Shown in pieces: positions 50,801 to 64,000 of a stretch of 64,000 nt of DNA. Position 1 is the first letter of the stretch, and each line of letters starts with the position of its first letter. Source of the DNA: Somniosus microcephalus. Lineage: Eukaryota. The notes under the pieces were generated by a model, which saw nothing but the letters and a program-made list of their open reading frames with translations, did not search any database and was not told the DNA's origin. The position numbers and the translations under genes are program-made. The stretch lies in contig CM126214.1 of assembly GCA_052327205.1 (NCBI GenBank), forward strand, positions 140,244,001 to 140,308,000. The letters run 5' to 3'.

Positions 50801-52088
50801 TGTCGACTCTGTTCTATTTAAATTCATTGTTTGTAGTTCTGCTACAAAGCACATCCTTCACTCATCTGATTAGGTTATTTTTGGTTTGTTAAGCAGATAT
50901 GTTTGCTATGATGTTCTATTTTAAGTTTATAAAGTGGAATTCATAAAGTACATTGGCACTGGGAAGTGAGGTATTATGATGAAAATAGCTGAGGAAGATC
51001 AGTATTTGTTAACGGAATCCTTCATCGAGTAGAATCGCACACAGGCTTCTGGAAACTCATTGATTTTATTCTATTGACGGAGAAAGGATGAAGGGCAACA
51101 TGGGTAACCAGAACAATTTAGTATTTGCTAAACTCCACTTTCTTTGTTGAGGCAAACCTGCTCCTTCTGTCGTTTGTACTGGTCCCTCAGCTTGGCTGAA
51201 AGGGAAAGACAAATGCAGTCACAACCTAGGCTGTTTTTTGGGCAGGTCACTGGAGAGATGCAAGTGATGGGTAATTGTACCATTTGATTCATTAAATTAG
51301 AATTTAAATACCCTGTACTTGTGAAATGTAGTTTTATGAGGCCATCATGACCAGCACTGGTAAATTGAAAATAGTACATTTAAAGCTTTTCACACATGGA
51401 TGAATTATTGTTGTACAGAGAAAAGTTTTGGGAAACTGAGCCATTGTTTACAAATTCCATTTTTTTTCTTGAAATAGCTTAACTAATGGCTACAGTATAA
51501 CTTGGAGTTTAAATCATCTGGAGTATCTTGCTTGCAAGCAAAAAACAAATCTTGTTTGGGTATTTTAATTAAATAAAGTTTGCAATCATTCAGCCTAAGT
51601 TTCCTATATCACAACAGTGACTACACTTCAAAAGTACCTCATTAGCTTTAAAGCAATTTGGGATGTCCAGAGTACATGAAGGCGCTATATAAATGCAGCT
51701 CTAAATGCAGCTCTTTGTTTCTTAAGTAGAGGTAGCAAACAAATCGTGCCGATATTATTTTGTGGAAAGCCTTTTAAATACTTTGAGGGTCACCATGTTA
51801 TTAATACCATGCTTATATGAAGACCCTGGTCTTGAGGTTGAAAACAATGTTTCATTATGAAACTGGTAGACTGAGTATATTTGCCACAACTAATTAGGTT
51901 AATTTATCAGGTACAACATTGACACGAGATGTTTATTGATATTGCTCCAGAAATTACTGGTACGGTGAATGCTTTATACGCAGGGTATGTATGAAGAACC
52001 AAAAGAACGGCTGTAACATTCAAATATACTTTTTACAATTATTATCAGTGTCTTTCTGTAATGAATTTATTTTGCTTTGTTGCTCCAG

Positions 52089-52229
52089 CTCAGAGATCTG
52101 CACATGAACTACCAATGGTGGAAAAGCAGAGCTCGGACAATTGTTTGGTGACAGGCGGACAACAAATGATCCTCTCTGGTCAAAATTTTACTACCGAGTC
52201 AAAGGTCCTTTTCACAGAGAAGACTCATG
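52089..52229 (+). CDS. NFATC2: NFATC2 internal exon (approx. exon 6), start of the IPT/RHR-C domain, 141 nt
   Basis: Acceptor ttgctccag|CT and donor G|gtgagt. Encodes (S)QRSAHELPMVEKQSSDNCLVTGGQQMILSGQNFTTESKVLFTEKTH. AHELPMVE, GGQQMIL and QNFTxESKV are NFATC2-type. Confidence 0.94.
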
Positions 52230-53689
52230 GTGAGTCATGTTGTTCTTTTGTGAATCCAATTGAAACCGGAAGTGAATTGTATTGTTGATCAAATCTGAAA
52301 AAGTAAATTACATCCTCAGTCTTTCTTCTTTTTGTGTCTCAATGGTTTTTAAGTGAAGGATGGCATTCCATTGAACTGGATGTGACCTTTGTTCCATGTC
52401 AGAGCACAAACATTCTTTTCAGCTGTGGTATAGGTTGTATGAGGTACAAAACTTTCCCTACATTGCTCTGTTCCTGGAATTCAGCCACTTATCTCAGGAG
52501 CACACCTGCACTGCACCAGTGTTGATGTATTGTATCTCGCGCTTCCCTGTGGACTCTCTGAATGAAGTGGCAACACATTTTGAGGGTAATTCTGTACTAT
52601 GAACTTATATTTGTTACAAGTAGTTTGAGGCTGCTCGCAATCATTTCATTTGTAAAATGTTGTGTGCATATCAAGACTATTGATCAAAGAATGGAAGACT
52701 TCCCATTTCAGGTATCTCATCACCATGAAGCACTCCCTTTACATTGCCCCAGCAACGTGCCTCAGCTCCAAGCTCAGAAGAGCATGTCCTATTGGATTAG
52801 TATGACATTTTCCACACCAACCATTCCTTGGTCTCAGAATGAGATTGTCAATTTTGTATCATTTAGTACCACATTTGGGGCATTTTCAACACATGGACAC
52901 TAGGAACTGGGTTGAGACTGTCAACCTCATTGGCAGCAGACAGAGGAGACTTGTATCCCATCAATCTGTGATGGATTTGAACCCAGATCAGAGGTCAAAA
53001 GCCAGTATATAGCCCATTGCATCACTACTAATCTGGCACTCTCACTTAGAGAGGAGTATAAAGGGGGAGATTTTCACTGCACTATGTGACAAAAGTTATT
53101 GTAAATGGGTTTCCAATTTTGTTACACATAGCGCACTGATGAAACCTTACTGCATGGATGACTGATGTAGGAAGTGGAAAGGATCAGACTAGTACACTAA
53201 GTAATATTCTTCTGAGGTTGTACTAAAGGTAAATGTTGGAGCAGAGTAAAGGGAGCTTTACTTTGCACTTGGCCTGTGCTATACGTCATCAGAGGTTGTT
53301 TGATGTGACATTGGATGGCAAAAGGGGATAAGAGTTCCATTCCCCAGCAGTAACATTGATGGGTACGAAAAGTATAAATTCTAAAATGTAATTAGTCTTT
53401 AAAAAGAGATCGAATTAAGGAAACTGTTTTAGGGTAGATTTTAGGAATTCATGCTCCCAGCATGAAGCTTTGCCTGCCCACAGCATCCATTGCACCTACA
53501 CTGCTGTGTTACTGATACTCAACCACTGAGAGGCCCATTGACCTCTGCACCCTGAATTCTGGAAGGTGCCTCCAGCAGGCGAAGCTGCATGCCGCGAGGC
53601 TGTGTTTGTAAATCTGCTCCTGTATGTATGGCAGTTTTCAAATGCAAACTTGTAAATCAATTAAATATTGACAGTCTTCTTTATTAATA

Positions 53690-53840
53690 TAGAATTAAAT
53701 CGAATTTACAGCACAGACACAGGCCATTTGGCCCAACTGGCCCATGCCGGTGTTTATGCTCCACACGGGTCTCCTCCCACCTTACTTGATCTAACCCTAT
53801 CAGCATAACCTTCTATTCCTATCTCCCTCATGTGTTTATC
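53690..53840 (-). mobile_element. CR1-type 3' tail fragment
   Basis: atagaa...acagcacagacacaggccatttggcccaac. Confidence 0.65.
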
Positions 53841-56800
53841 ACAGATTGTACTATTTGTGCTCTTAATTTTGAAATGAACAATAATAAGTTGGAAGCTGGC
53901 AAAAGTAAAGATGAGCTGTTTCAAAACCTATCCCATTGAGGATGATCGTTTGATATCCCCTGCTATAAATATTGAACTTCCTGCAGCACTGACAAGATCA
54001 TTGTTCAGCTTTACTGCAGCAGATTATCAGATTATTATCATCATTGTACTTTTGGATTTTTCCATTTGTACTTTGCTTACACAGATATAACAATATGTCA
54101 GTCATAGCTCACAGAATGAACCTTGGCCAGTAGTCCTTCAGCATGAAAGTGGGTATGGCAGGGTGAAAACCTACACCCAATTGAAATAATATGACACAAA
54201 ACAATTCCTGACAAGGTTTGATTTTTTGAGATTGTACAAAATGTTAGTTCTTCACTGTTTCAGTTAGTTATATTTAGAAAGTTGTCCGTGGTATTATATT
54301 ATTCTGAAACAGCATTAAGTGAATTTTGTTGTTTCTTAAACTGGATAACAGTTTTGCTATTGTTGCACAAACAATGCTCAAGTTCCTGATTTTGCTGCTT
54401 TTGATGTGGTTATGATAGAGAGGCAGGAAGTCAAAAATGAATGGTTAGGTAGCTGATAGTCAAATGCAAGGTGATGTTTCTTAATTGCTGTTGAACTTCT
54501 GCACTGTGCCAACTGGTGCTTAAAATTGATAGCAGGATCCGAGACAAATGCAGTTGCACAGAGAAGAAAGGCTGACCGTTACTGTAGACAAGTTCCACTT
54601 ACCAGTTGCCACTCACTTTCCAAACCTTTAATAGGTCAAATTATATTGTCCAAGATGTAGAATATCAGAAAACACCACTATATATTTATCTTTTTGGCAC
54701 ACCATAAGATGAGTCGGTACCTGTTTAAAGGTGTGATTTATTCACACATTACACAGCAATATAGTATTATATATTGATCGTCTAGTAAAGATATGGGTTC
54801 ACATTTGAAAAACCAGAAGCCATTTGTTGTCGTAGATTGTACAAGAGCACCTTAGTTTGAAAGAAAAGGGAAATATTTAATTGCTCCTGACGAGATTAGA
54901 GGCTATTCCCAACATATCTCATTTGTTGGGAATCTTCCAAAAGTGTCTAGTGAGGTACAACACCCCATGCACATAAGACTCCTTAGCCTAGCCAACACAA
55001 GGCCCCTCCAGTGGCTTACTCAGACTTAGTGATGATTAGTTACAGTCAGAAATCACAACTATGCAGCTTCCCCAGATTCCTGTAAATGTTCTTTTCTGGT
55101 AAGTTCACCCTCCCAGCACTCTCATAGAGAATGGATGAAGTCATCATAGTTGGACAGTCAGGAGCAAAACTAAACATCATAGAGGCATAAGACTCTTTTA
55201 CTATCTTGCAATGGATCTCCACTAATGCAGTGACAGTGAAGCATTCTGCTGCTATCAAACTGCAGGCCGAGCATTTGATTCTTTCTCATTATTTTCCCTC
55301 TGTCCTGAGACTTGCACTGAGGTGCTGTTCTCTGTCTCTATCCTTTTTGCCATGTTTTCACTCTAGGCTATTGGCTTAATCACTTCATATTATTAACAGG
55401 TAAGATATTGCATGTCAGTCTCAAGATTTGTTGCTTTTTTTCATCTCAAAGGGAATGTCACCATGCCCCTTACCATCATCCTTAACAGAAGGAAAAGCAT
55501 TTGTAGTTAGCATGTTCTACCCTACAATACTACACTGGATAGGCAGCTTGGGTCTATTAAGCCATTTTTATTTCAGTTTGGATATAATTATTAATAGTTA
55601 CTGAGCTGCACAGAGTTATACTTTTCAATCAGTGAAGCATGCTTGTATTTTGCTTTGCAGCAAAAGCCCAAGCCCAAGACCTTTGAATTGATAGATGCTG
55701 TTGAAATGTGGGGACTGGTTGCACCTGGAATGTAAAAACATTGCTGCTGGGCCAGGCAGACCCCAACTCATGACCAGCGTGATTGCATCTTAAAACAGAG
55801 CAGCATTGTTTTTGCAAGTAAACAGCACTTACATTCTGAAGTTATTGAACAGTATTTTTTTTCACCCAGTTGCAGTCTATGTAGAACGTTGCCCTATCCT
55901 GAAATTTGTAGGCTGTAGGTCCACTTTGCATCTCTGCAGCGTGAACAACTTGTAGCAAATGCTGTTACAGCCTGAGGCTGATCCTTCTCTTCATTTCTTT
56001 ACATTCTCTTGGAATTCACTGAATTTTAACTCACTCCTGTTGAACTGAACTCCTGTCTGATCATCTAATTTACCAATATGCAGTGGCATATTCTTGATTT
56101 ACTGAATAGGTTACACAATGCTACTCCAGTATCGCCCTTACAATATATCTCATCTTGAAGTCATTTTTTGGTGTAAGTGTAAGTTATTTTTGACTGCATT
56201 TCCAGTGTAAATGCAACTGTATTGGAGTATAACTCCATGTCCATCAAAGAGTTAAATGAGTGCCCAAAGACAAATAATTCTATGAAAGACAGAGTTGTAA
56301 GGAATTTTGGATGATTTCCCTACTAACAGAAACAATCTGGAACTTTATAGCCTTTAAACTCTTTAATTAATACGGGCAACCACTTCTGGCAGGTTTTCAC
56401 TGGCTGCTGTCTTCGTATGGTGCTGCGATGGCAGTGGGACACTGGTTTATAGTTTACCTTTGAAGACTGTTCTGGCTTCTTGCATTTTTATGGAGTTTTT
56501 TTTAATAAATAAAACAAAGTGATGTTGAAGTCTGATCTTTATAAATGGAAAGGTACAAATCAGCCAAAAACTGGCACAAAGTTCTGGAATTCCCTATTCG
56601 GCAGTGAGTAATGAAATCTTGATGTAATCAATTTTATGATGCATGGATTCCGACTGATAATCTTTATGTAGCTCCTTTGATTTAAGCTTTAAGAAACACA
56701 AATATTTTGCTACTATCATAACCAGGTTTGTTTTTCTCAATAATTAAAGCCAACATTTAAGGCATTTTTATGCCTTTTTTTCAGTTTGGAAGTAATAATT

Positions 56801-57095
56801 AATAATTATTTTGTAATTACCAGAACTATTAAGTACTAACTTTTAAGTACCACAATTTCACAAAGGTGATGCAAGTTCAAATTTCTTGTTCACTTGCTCT
56901 TTATAATTTTAAAACTTTACTGTTCATACATATTACCCAGAACTGCCTGTCAGTTCATTGTTAATTACTGCACATAATTGGAGTCACTTCCACTTTCACC
57001 GGACCCATCTCTTTCTCTTGATATATTTAGAGAAAAATGGGACACTTGGAAAAGAGTTACATTTATAGTTGCCAATATATTCCTTATGATATTGT

Positions 57096-57606
57096 GGCCA
57101 AGAGTTTCCGCTTTGGGCGCAATCAGCAATCCAGGCGCAAATTGCGCTCAAAATTGTACTAGTTTGCAGATGTGATTTTTTTTTTGCTCAAGTTTCTGCT
57201 GAAACTCATTTGAATATCGCAGAATGTAAAATCTTCCATGAACCAGCGTAATCAGGCAGCGTTTTAGAACATCATTTTAAAAAAATTTTGCATTAAAAGA
57301 TATTCCTCGATATATTTAAGCGTGGTAATCTGGTGCCGTTTTATTAATATAGCTGAAAATGGGTTTAATCACAAAATAAGCATTTTTAATCAGTGGCTCA
57401 TCTACCACCTGTGAGTAACCCGATTTTAAATAATTGAAAATTTTTTGTGGGCGCGGTGTTTTTTAAACTAACGCAAAAGATTGTGGAAACTTGATTTGCG
57501 CCGGACGTAATTTGCACTCAAAATTCCTCGATCTTTTGCACTGGTTTGGCCCATTTCGGGTGAATTGCGCTGAAAAAAAAGCACAACCTAGCGGAAACTC
57601 CAGGCC
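57096..57606. mobile_element. Harbinger-type MITE family D, copy 2 (internal deletion)
   Basis: GGCCAAGAGTTTCCGC / GCGGAAACTCCAGGCC. Flanks TGT / CAT are compatible with a CGT TSD after CpG decay on each strand. Confidence 0.82.
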
Positions 57607-57811
57607 CATATGATATAAAAGCAAAATTAAATGGCTATATTCAGTAGCACGCCCAATGGCCTACTGTGCAAGGCCCTGCCTGGTGAGCTCATAAACCACA
57701 AAGTCTCATAATCAATTCCTGGTCTGTGCTGAGTTGGTTGATCGAGTCACGCCAGCAGTGAGGTGCTGCAATTGACTTTAGCTTCCCTGGGTTAGGGAAA
57801 GGAAATACAAT

Positions 57812-58530
57812 GGCCCAGAAATCGCTGGCGCGGCACATCGCATGGCAAGCGCTGTGGATTGAATTTTTTACCTTGCCCTTCAGATCGTATTATTTTTGCA
57901 CAACAAATTGCTGGAAATGGGAATTGATAATGTTGTAGTGAGGTCAGTGGGGCATCTGGGACCTCATGAACGTTAGGCCCAATGGTCTACCTCCTTAACC
58001 AATGAAATTTAAGGTTAGAGGATATGAAACAAAGGGAATGAGAGAGAAGGAAATAGGGTGAATTAGAGTCAAGTTAGATACAGAAAGAGATATAAAGAGA
58101 GTGGATTAAGATAGAGAGAAAACAAGACAGAAAGGAAAAGTAAAAAATACATTTTAATATTTAAATTTTTTAAAAATTCTGGGAACAATTTACTACCTGA
58201 GGGAATGAGACTCCGCAGTTTCAATTTTCCATTTCTGGGCCTCCAGGGTTGAGTTGTGTGTCAGGGCCATAAATCATGTCATTAACAGGGTCCTTAAGAC
58301 ATGAATTACCAGTCCTAAATGGCTGCAGTGAGATTAATTCGTACTAATGCCGTAAATCCAGCAATTTCAAGACAATTTTTGGGGGTTTTGGTGAGGTGAA
58401 TGGGGGAGCGGCTCAAATCGTCCCCCAATTTGTGGCGAATCAGAACTCATGGTATTTCTCTTCTCAAATTGCTGTATTTTTTACGCACTAATAATGGTCA
58501 TGAATTCGCCGTTATTGTCCAGCAATTTAT
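57812..58530. mobile_element. Older Harbinger-like MITE inserted in a SINE-like repeat
   Basis: Left end ggcccagaaatcgctgg, right end ccagcaattt. Repeated aaattgctgg / ccagcaattt subterminal motifs. Confidence 0.55.
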
Positions 58531-58727
58531 CTTTGGGCTCTGATCCTGATTTTGATCCAGTGGCCTCTACTGTAATGTGTGGGTGTGTGTGTGTGTGGGG
58601 TTAGGGCCAGGCTTAGCTGTGATGTTCTTTGTGGTAAATTAGCGTGCTGAGAACCCTTATACTCATAAGAAAAATGCCATGAACAATGCTAAGCTACATA
58701 GGGATTTCAATACTCATGTTTTAAAAT

Positions 58728-58822
58728 TTGTTTATGGGATGTGGGCATCGCTGGCAAGGCCAGCATTTATTGCCTATCCCTAATTGCCCTTGAGAAGGTG
58801 GTGGTGAGCCGCCTTCTTGAAC
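58728..58822 (-). mobile_element. Zenon-like LINE 3' tail fragment
   Basis: Near-identical to 17072-17166. Confidence 0.85.
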
Positions 58823-59949
58823 CTCATTGAACTGTACCGAAGCAAAACACCTTCAGGAGAGGAGAGATGGGAGAATATTTGGGCGGGGGGAGAGAAGCAA
58901 CATCCCATGGACTATTTTCTTCTAATTACAGTATGAAATCACTTGAGTTTTTAGATTGCCAGTTTTCTAGTTATTTCTGTCAAATTGTTACTTACCAAGA
59001 TTAAAGCTCTCCTTAGGTTTTCCTCCTAATTTTCCCCCTTTTTATTCCGCCCGATTGGCCACTGTAACTTCGGCAGATGATCGGCAGAAACCCCAGATAC
59101 AGGCTTAAGCGGGTCTCTACCAACCTTCCACTGAACTAACGGTGGCTGATCAGAAGAAGCCCCCAGGAATTTCCTGGCAAATGTGTTATACACCAGCCTG
59201 TTCATAACGCATTAACTTTAGAAAAGAACTGTGCCACTAAAACCTTTTGCAGTTTGCAATTTGCAGTGCAACAAAGCATTGCTTGAGCAAACTTTTAGTT
59301 TCAACTTCCCAAATTCAGATTGCAAACTTCAAGTAAATCTGAGGTGAAGCTGTGTACGATCCCTGCTGTACAGCTCTCCATTAGTACTCTTGTAACAGCA
59401 AATGATAGTAAATGATACTCTTAGTAATGGATAGGGAGAAAAGCTTCATTAAGATGAGATTCACCTTGATTCCTTCACAGATGTAGCTTGCCAGTTTTAA
59501 ATTGGCCACCCTGATTTTATTTCTTTTAGAAAAAAATGCAATTTGTTTTTAAAAGGTGTGACTTCATTTTAGAATTTGAACTGTTGCTATTTGGGGATTT
59601 TGTTGCTGGAAAGGGATTGACCCAATTGGTGACATTATTTTTGAAAGTGCTATTATTTTCTCCAGCATAAGGAAATGTGTGTTCAAGATGTTTGCTGCGT
59701 GTAAGTCTTGTTATAATCCTGTCTATCCATCCCATACGTGTAGTGTAAGTTACTGTTCACCCTACTGTATTTTCAAACACTTAGACGACCGCAGAAACAT
59801 TGCTGGATCTGGTAATGATTAATACAATAGATCAGGTTAGATGAACTAAATGTGTGTGAGTACCTTGGAAGTAGTGACCATAATATGATGTGGTTTAAGA
59901 CCCAACTAGAAAGTTACATAGTCAGTTCAAACACTGAGGCTGTGATAAG

Positions 59950-61578
59950 TCCTGGTGCGGCCAGAGCAGACAACGGCCTCAAACTCCACACCCATCTTCA
60001 TCCCGCCTCCTCCAAGTGATTTTGCCCTGATTGGACTTGTTAAGCCCGCCCTGCGAGGTTCCCGGCCAATTCCCGGTCATCAGCTGGTTTCTTTAAAGGG
60101 GCCATGTCCACATTGAGGTGCTGCAAACACTGACAAACACTGCGCAAAGGTGCACGGCTGCACCCAGGCTCTCCCATGACTCCCTCCATATGCTTAAGAC
60201 ACCTCCCCAGGAGAGCAACACAGCCTGGTTGCACATTGCACAGGAGGGCACAAGCAGAGATGCCGTCAGGAGGACCATGCTGCAGTGGCACAAACCTTAA
60301 GATGATCTCAGTAGATCACAAAATGTTACTGCAAAGCCACACTCAACTTCATCCTGCTGTGCCACTCATCACATCCCCATCACTCTGCCTTCCCTACCCA
60401 ACTCCTGAACATCTTTACTCACCAACTTACCTTGCACCTCAACCCATTCCTCTCTTTCTACATTATGACTTCCCCATCTCACTAGCCACCCCTCACACTC
60501 ACCCTCATCCTACTGCAAGCATACCAACTAACAACACACAAGGGCAGGCACTTGGGTGGTTTAGCCAATGTTCATGTGAAGTTTCTGGTAATGTGCTGTC
60601 AACATTGAAATCTTTATTTTGAACACTTTGCGTTTTTGGACAGATTTGTGTGCACCTTGGGAAGCAGCTTAGTGAGTTGCAGTGAATGGTGAGACATAAC
60701 GTCCCCCGTCCCCAATGGTGATGAGTGTGAAAGGAATGGCTTGGACATTGCAGGGATGTTTTATGGTGTTGGTGTGGGGTGGTGCCAATCTGGTGCATCA
60801 TGTGGCAGCCAGGGTGTACAGTGTTCAGTGAAGCAAATCTGGACATGATGAGGCCATCGCTGGCGTCCCGGGCAGCAATGTGCACGGGTGATGATGCCCT
60901 GTGTCCAGTGTAGCATCAGTTGATTGCGGAGAAGGTTGGTGTGGATGTTGGTGCTGCTGCTGTGCCCGGTGCTGCTGGTGGTTGGGGCTGATCTGGTTGG
61001 GATTCTGAGGACCAAGGTGAGATTTTTTTCAAGGGCACCAATGCTGATGGAATAGATGGCAGGTGAGGTTGAGATGATGGAAGTAATCTGTCAGTGTTGA
61101 GATAGGTTGTTCCAAGGAAGTGACAGTGGATAAAGAGATTACTCCAAACACTTCAAAAGTGCATAAAGCTCAAAATCATTAATGTTCCAGCTTCTGACAT
61201 TGGAAAGTGACCAGCTGTGAAATGGTAGCTTTCAGACCACTTTTGCAGCTGTCACCTACTCAAAGAAATGGAGAGTTGTTCAGAACCCGACATACTTACC
61301 TGGTGTGATCCCCGAGCGACAGGAATCTCGTGGAAAACTTGGGGAAATGCTTTGTACCGTAAAATGGTGAGTAAATTGCTTTCAACACCCTCTTAACTTG
61401 CACAATTGAATGACCCGCCGCTTAGTGCCATGTCTGCAAAGCGCAGGCAGAGCCGGCACTTGGGAAACTCACAAGGAGGCGGGTTTAGAGCGGGATACCG
61501 CCCCGCTGTCAATCTTTTTGATTTTGACAGCAGACCCGTCTCCGAACCTGCCCTCTGAGCACCGGCAAAATTCAACCC
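59950..61578 (+). mobile_element. Harbinger deletion derivative (family C), second copy
   Basis: Homologous to 28960-29833 and 30681-30790. Minus-strand HIAARDASDGLIMSRFA resembles the transposase C-terminus NIAARDARNALILARFA. Right TIR aaaattcaaccc. Confidence 0.78.
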
Positions 61579-61774
61579 TGAAACACCAGACTTGATTAGG
61601 ACAGACTTTTGAAAGATGTTGGCCAAGCTAAATTGCCACTCAGGACCGTAAAGCAACAGAGGGGTGATTTAAATTTTAAAAAAATTGCAAAAGATACAGA
61701 ATAAATACATTCCATTTTTTTAAAAGGAAACTACAATTATTTTTTGGATGTAGTGGATAAATCAAGAGGTTAGA

Positions 61775-62240
61775 AACCAATTAAATTGATAAAAAGGAAC
61801 TATGAGTACAATAAGAATAATAATGCTGAAAAACTGAAGGAAAATATGAGAAACTAAGAGAAGAGGTTAAGAGGGAGTATGAGAATTTTTGTTTTAAATC
61901 AAAAGGAAGAGTAAAGTATTTTACAAATATATCAGTAAAAATAGAATTATTAAAAGTGAGGTAGGACCCCCTGAAAGGAGAGGATTGTCAACTTGTAGAT
62001 GATCAAAAAAATGGCGAAGGTATTTAATAAGTACTTTGTATCGATCTTAAGAAAAAGATATTGGAGAAGAGAAGTATCCTGAAGTGGTAAAGAGCGAGCT
62101 GCTTGATATTATGATGGATAAAAGGACATTTTAGATAAGTTAGTTAGGCAAAGGGAAAACAAGGCACCAAGACCTGATGGAATATATCCTAGGATCTTGA
62201 GGGAGATGAGGGAAGACATTACCGAGGTTCTAGAAATTAT
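61775..62240 (+). mobile_element. Old A-rich CR1 ORF2 fragment
   Basis: tttaataagtactttgtatcgatctt and aacaaggcaccaagacctgatggaatatatcctaggatcttgaggga (KAP.PDGIYPRILRE-like). Confidence 0.7.
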
Positions 62241-64000
62241 GGGGGGAAAATTCAGCTGGTAGCGCCACCTGTTAGCGCCTTAAGAGGGCGCTAAGTGGGG
62301 TGCAAACCAACTAGTGCCCGGGCGCGGCGATATCTGCGCCTCTCGCGAAATTGACCGGACATTTTGCGGCGGTGCTAAACAATACCGCCCGATCTCCTGC
62401 GCACGCAGATCTTGACGTCATTCAAGAGTGCAACGCCCTTGGTAGCCCCGGACCGGAAATTCAGTGGCGCCCCCTCTTTTCCGCCTGGCGCGACCAACGA
62501 CAGGTTGACTGGAACACTTCCCAGTCGCTGTGTGGCTGCTATTTAAAGGGGGCCTCTTCCTGGCTTTTGTGTGGTAGCCATTTTTGCACCATTCGTTCTG
62601 AGAGAGAGAGAGAGAGCGAGAGAGAGAAAGAGAGACTTCTGCATTGAGTCAACGCTGTCTGAGGTAGTTTTGGCTTCTGACCATAACTTTGCAGGTACTT
62701 GCTTTTTGACCGTCATAACTTTGATTGCCCAGATACTATGGGGGGCTGCAATGGATGGGAACGTCGTCCTTCTCCATCACATTCAGAGGACACAGAGACG
62801 CAGAGAGAGAGTGGCAATCATGGCCAGACAGAGGAGGCCCAATGGGCGTTGGTACAGGAAACCTTACTCTCCCAGGGTTTTTCGCCAACAGTTATCATAC
62901 ATTAACATGTCTGAGGAGTAGTGTTTGCAAAGGCTGCGCTTCAGCAAGGAGGTGGTCACTGAGCTCTGCCACCTGCTTCAGCCAGATCTGCAGCCTCAAC
63001 TGAGGAGCAGGACGTCTCTGTCGGTGGCAGTGAAGATAACAGTGACTCTCAACTTTTATGCCACCGGCTCCTTTCAATACGCTACTGGGGACATCGCCAG
63101 TATCTCCCAGTTCGCGGTGCATTGCTGCATCCATCAGGTCACAAATGCCCTCTTTAAAAGGAGACGAGAGTACATCTCATTTCCCATGACCCCGGACAAG
63201 CAGCAAGAATGCGCAACGGGCTTTGCGATGATAGCGGGCTTCCCCATGGTGCAGAGTACCATTGACTGCACCCATGTGGCTTTGCGGGCGCCACAAGAGA
63301 ATGCTGAGGATTTCCGCAACCGAAAGGGCTTCCATTCCTTAAACGTCCAGTTGGTCTGTGACCACAGACAGCTGATACTCGCTGTCAATGCCCACTTTCC
63401 AGGCAGCAGCCACGATGCCTTCATCCTGCGCCAGACTTCTGTGACAGACTTTTCCGAGGCACCGCTTCACCCAGGAGGTTGGCTTCTCGGGGACAAGGGA
63501 TATCCTGTGTGCACCTGGCTGATGACCCCGCTTCGTTTGCCCAGCACCCCTGCTGAGCTACAATACAACGAGAGCCATCAAGCTACCAGGAACATCACTG
63601 AGCACACAATCGGCGTGTTCAAGCAACGGTTCCGCTGTCTGGACCATTCTGGAGGAGCCCTGAAGTACTCGCCTGAGCGAGTCTCCCACTTCGTTGTTGT
63701 GTGCTGCATGCTGCATAACCTGGCAATCCTCAGGACCCAGCCAATGCCACCAAACATTGGAGCACCAGCAGAGGAGGAGGATGAGGAGGATGGTCATCAG
63801 CAGCACCAAGGCGGGAGGGAGGCACAAAGTGGAAGGGCCGTCCATCAAAGGCTCATAGCAAGTCGCTTCTAGGCCCCCTCTGAGGGAATGGCTTCTGCCA
63901 TTGAGAACAACCTGAATGAAACCATCCCGCAACCCCTAAGCCGGTCAAGGCAACAATGAGTGCAAAGACCAAACATGCACACTTTGAATACAGACACTTC
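62241..64000. mobile_element. Second PIF/Harbinger transposon, left part (runs off the window)
   Basis: Left TIR GGGGGGAAAATTC, CpG-rich subterminal region, transposase ORF. Confidence 0.88.
62751..63872 (+). pseudogene. Harbinger (HARBI1-like) DDE transposase with one in-frame stop (62919-21)
   Basis: ORFs 62571..62921 and 62925..63872 are in the same frame. Motifs [60 protein letters not shown]. Confidence 0.9.

Noticed and set aside
52230-52237. AP-1 site TGAGTCA at the exon boundary
   Set aside because: It is the GTGAGT splice donor plus two bases, expected by chance.
52230-64000. Next NFATC2 exon (DGQQIWEME-like)
   Set aside because: Not found by eye or in the ORF track. It probably lies beyond the window, but a short exon could have been missed.

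Overview
Vertebrate genomic DNA, most likely a cartilaginous fish (shark-type CR1, CR1-Zenon-like, Penelope, Deu-SINE and Harbinger repeats). The whole window lies inside one + strand gene, NFATC2 (calcineurin-dependent NFAT). Four Rel-homology/IPT exons (1222-1384, 24602-24804, 39413-39585, 52089-52229) splice into one open frame across 12-23 kb introns. The introns hold deeply nested transposons: CR1 and Zenon-like LINEs, two solo LTRs with 5-bp TSDs, an internally deleted RTE, SINEs, two decayed autonomous PIF/Harbinger transposons (one with a reconstructable 3-exon Myb/SANT partner gene) and several Harbinger MITE families. Most notable: a sense-strand minimal hammerhead ribozyme motif in a Penelope remnant; a recurrent ~800-bp MITE carrying a ready-made 127-nt poison-exon candidate; a LINE with no ORF1 whose 5' end is shared with a tRNA-headed SINE; and a CpG-rich MITE carrying adjacent RFX X-box and CRE motifs. 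All calls come from reading the sequence; no database searches were run, and repeat boundaries are approximate unless a TSD is quoted.
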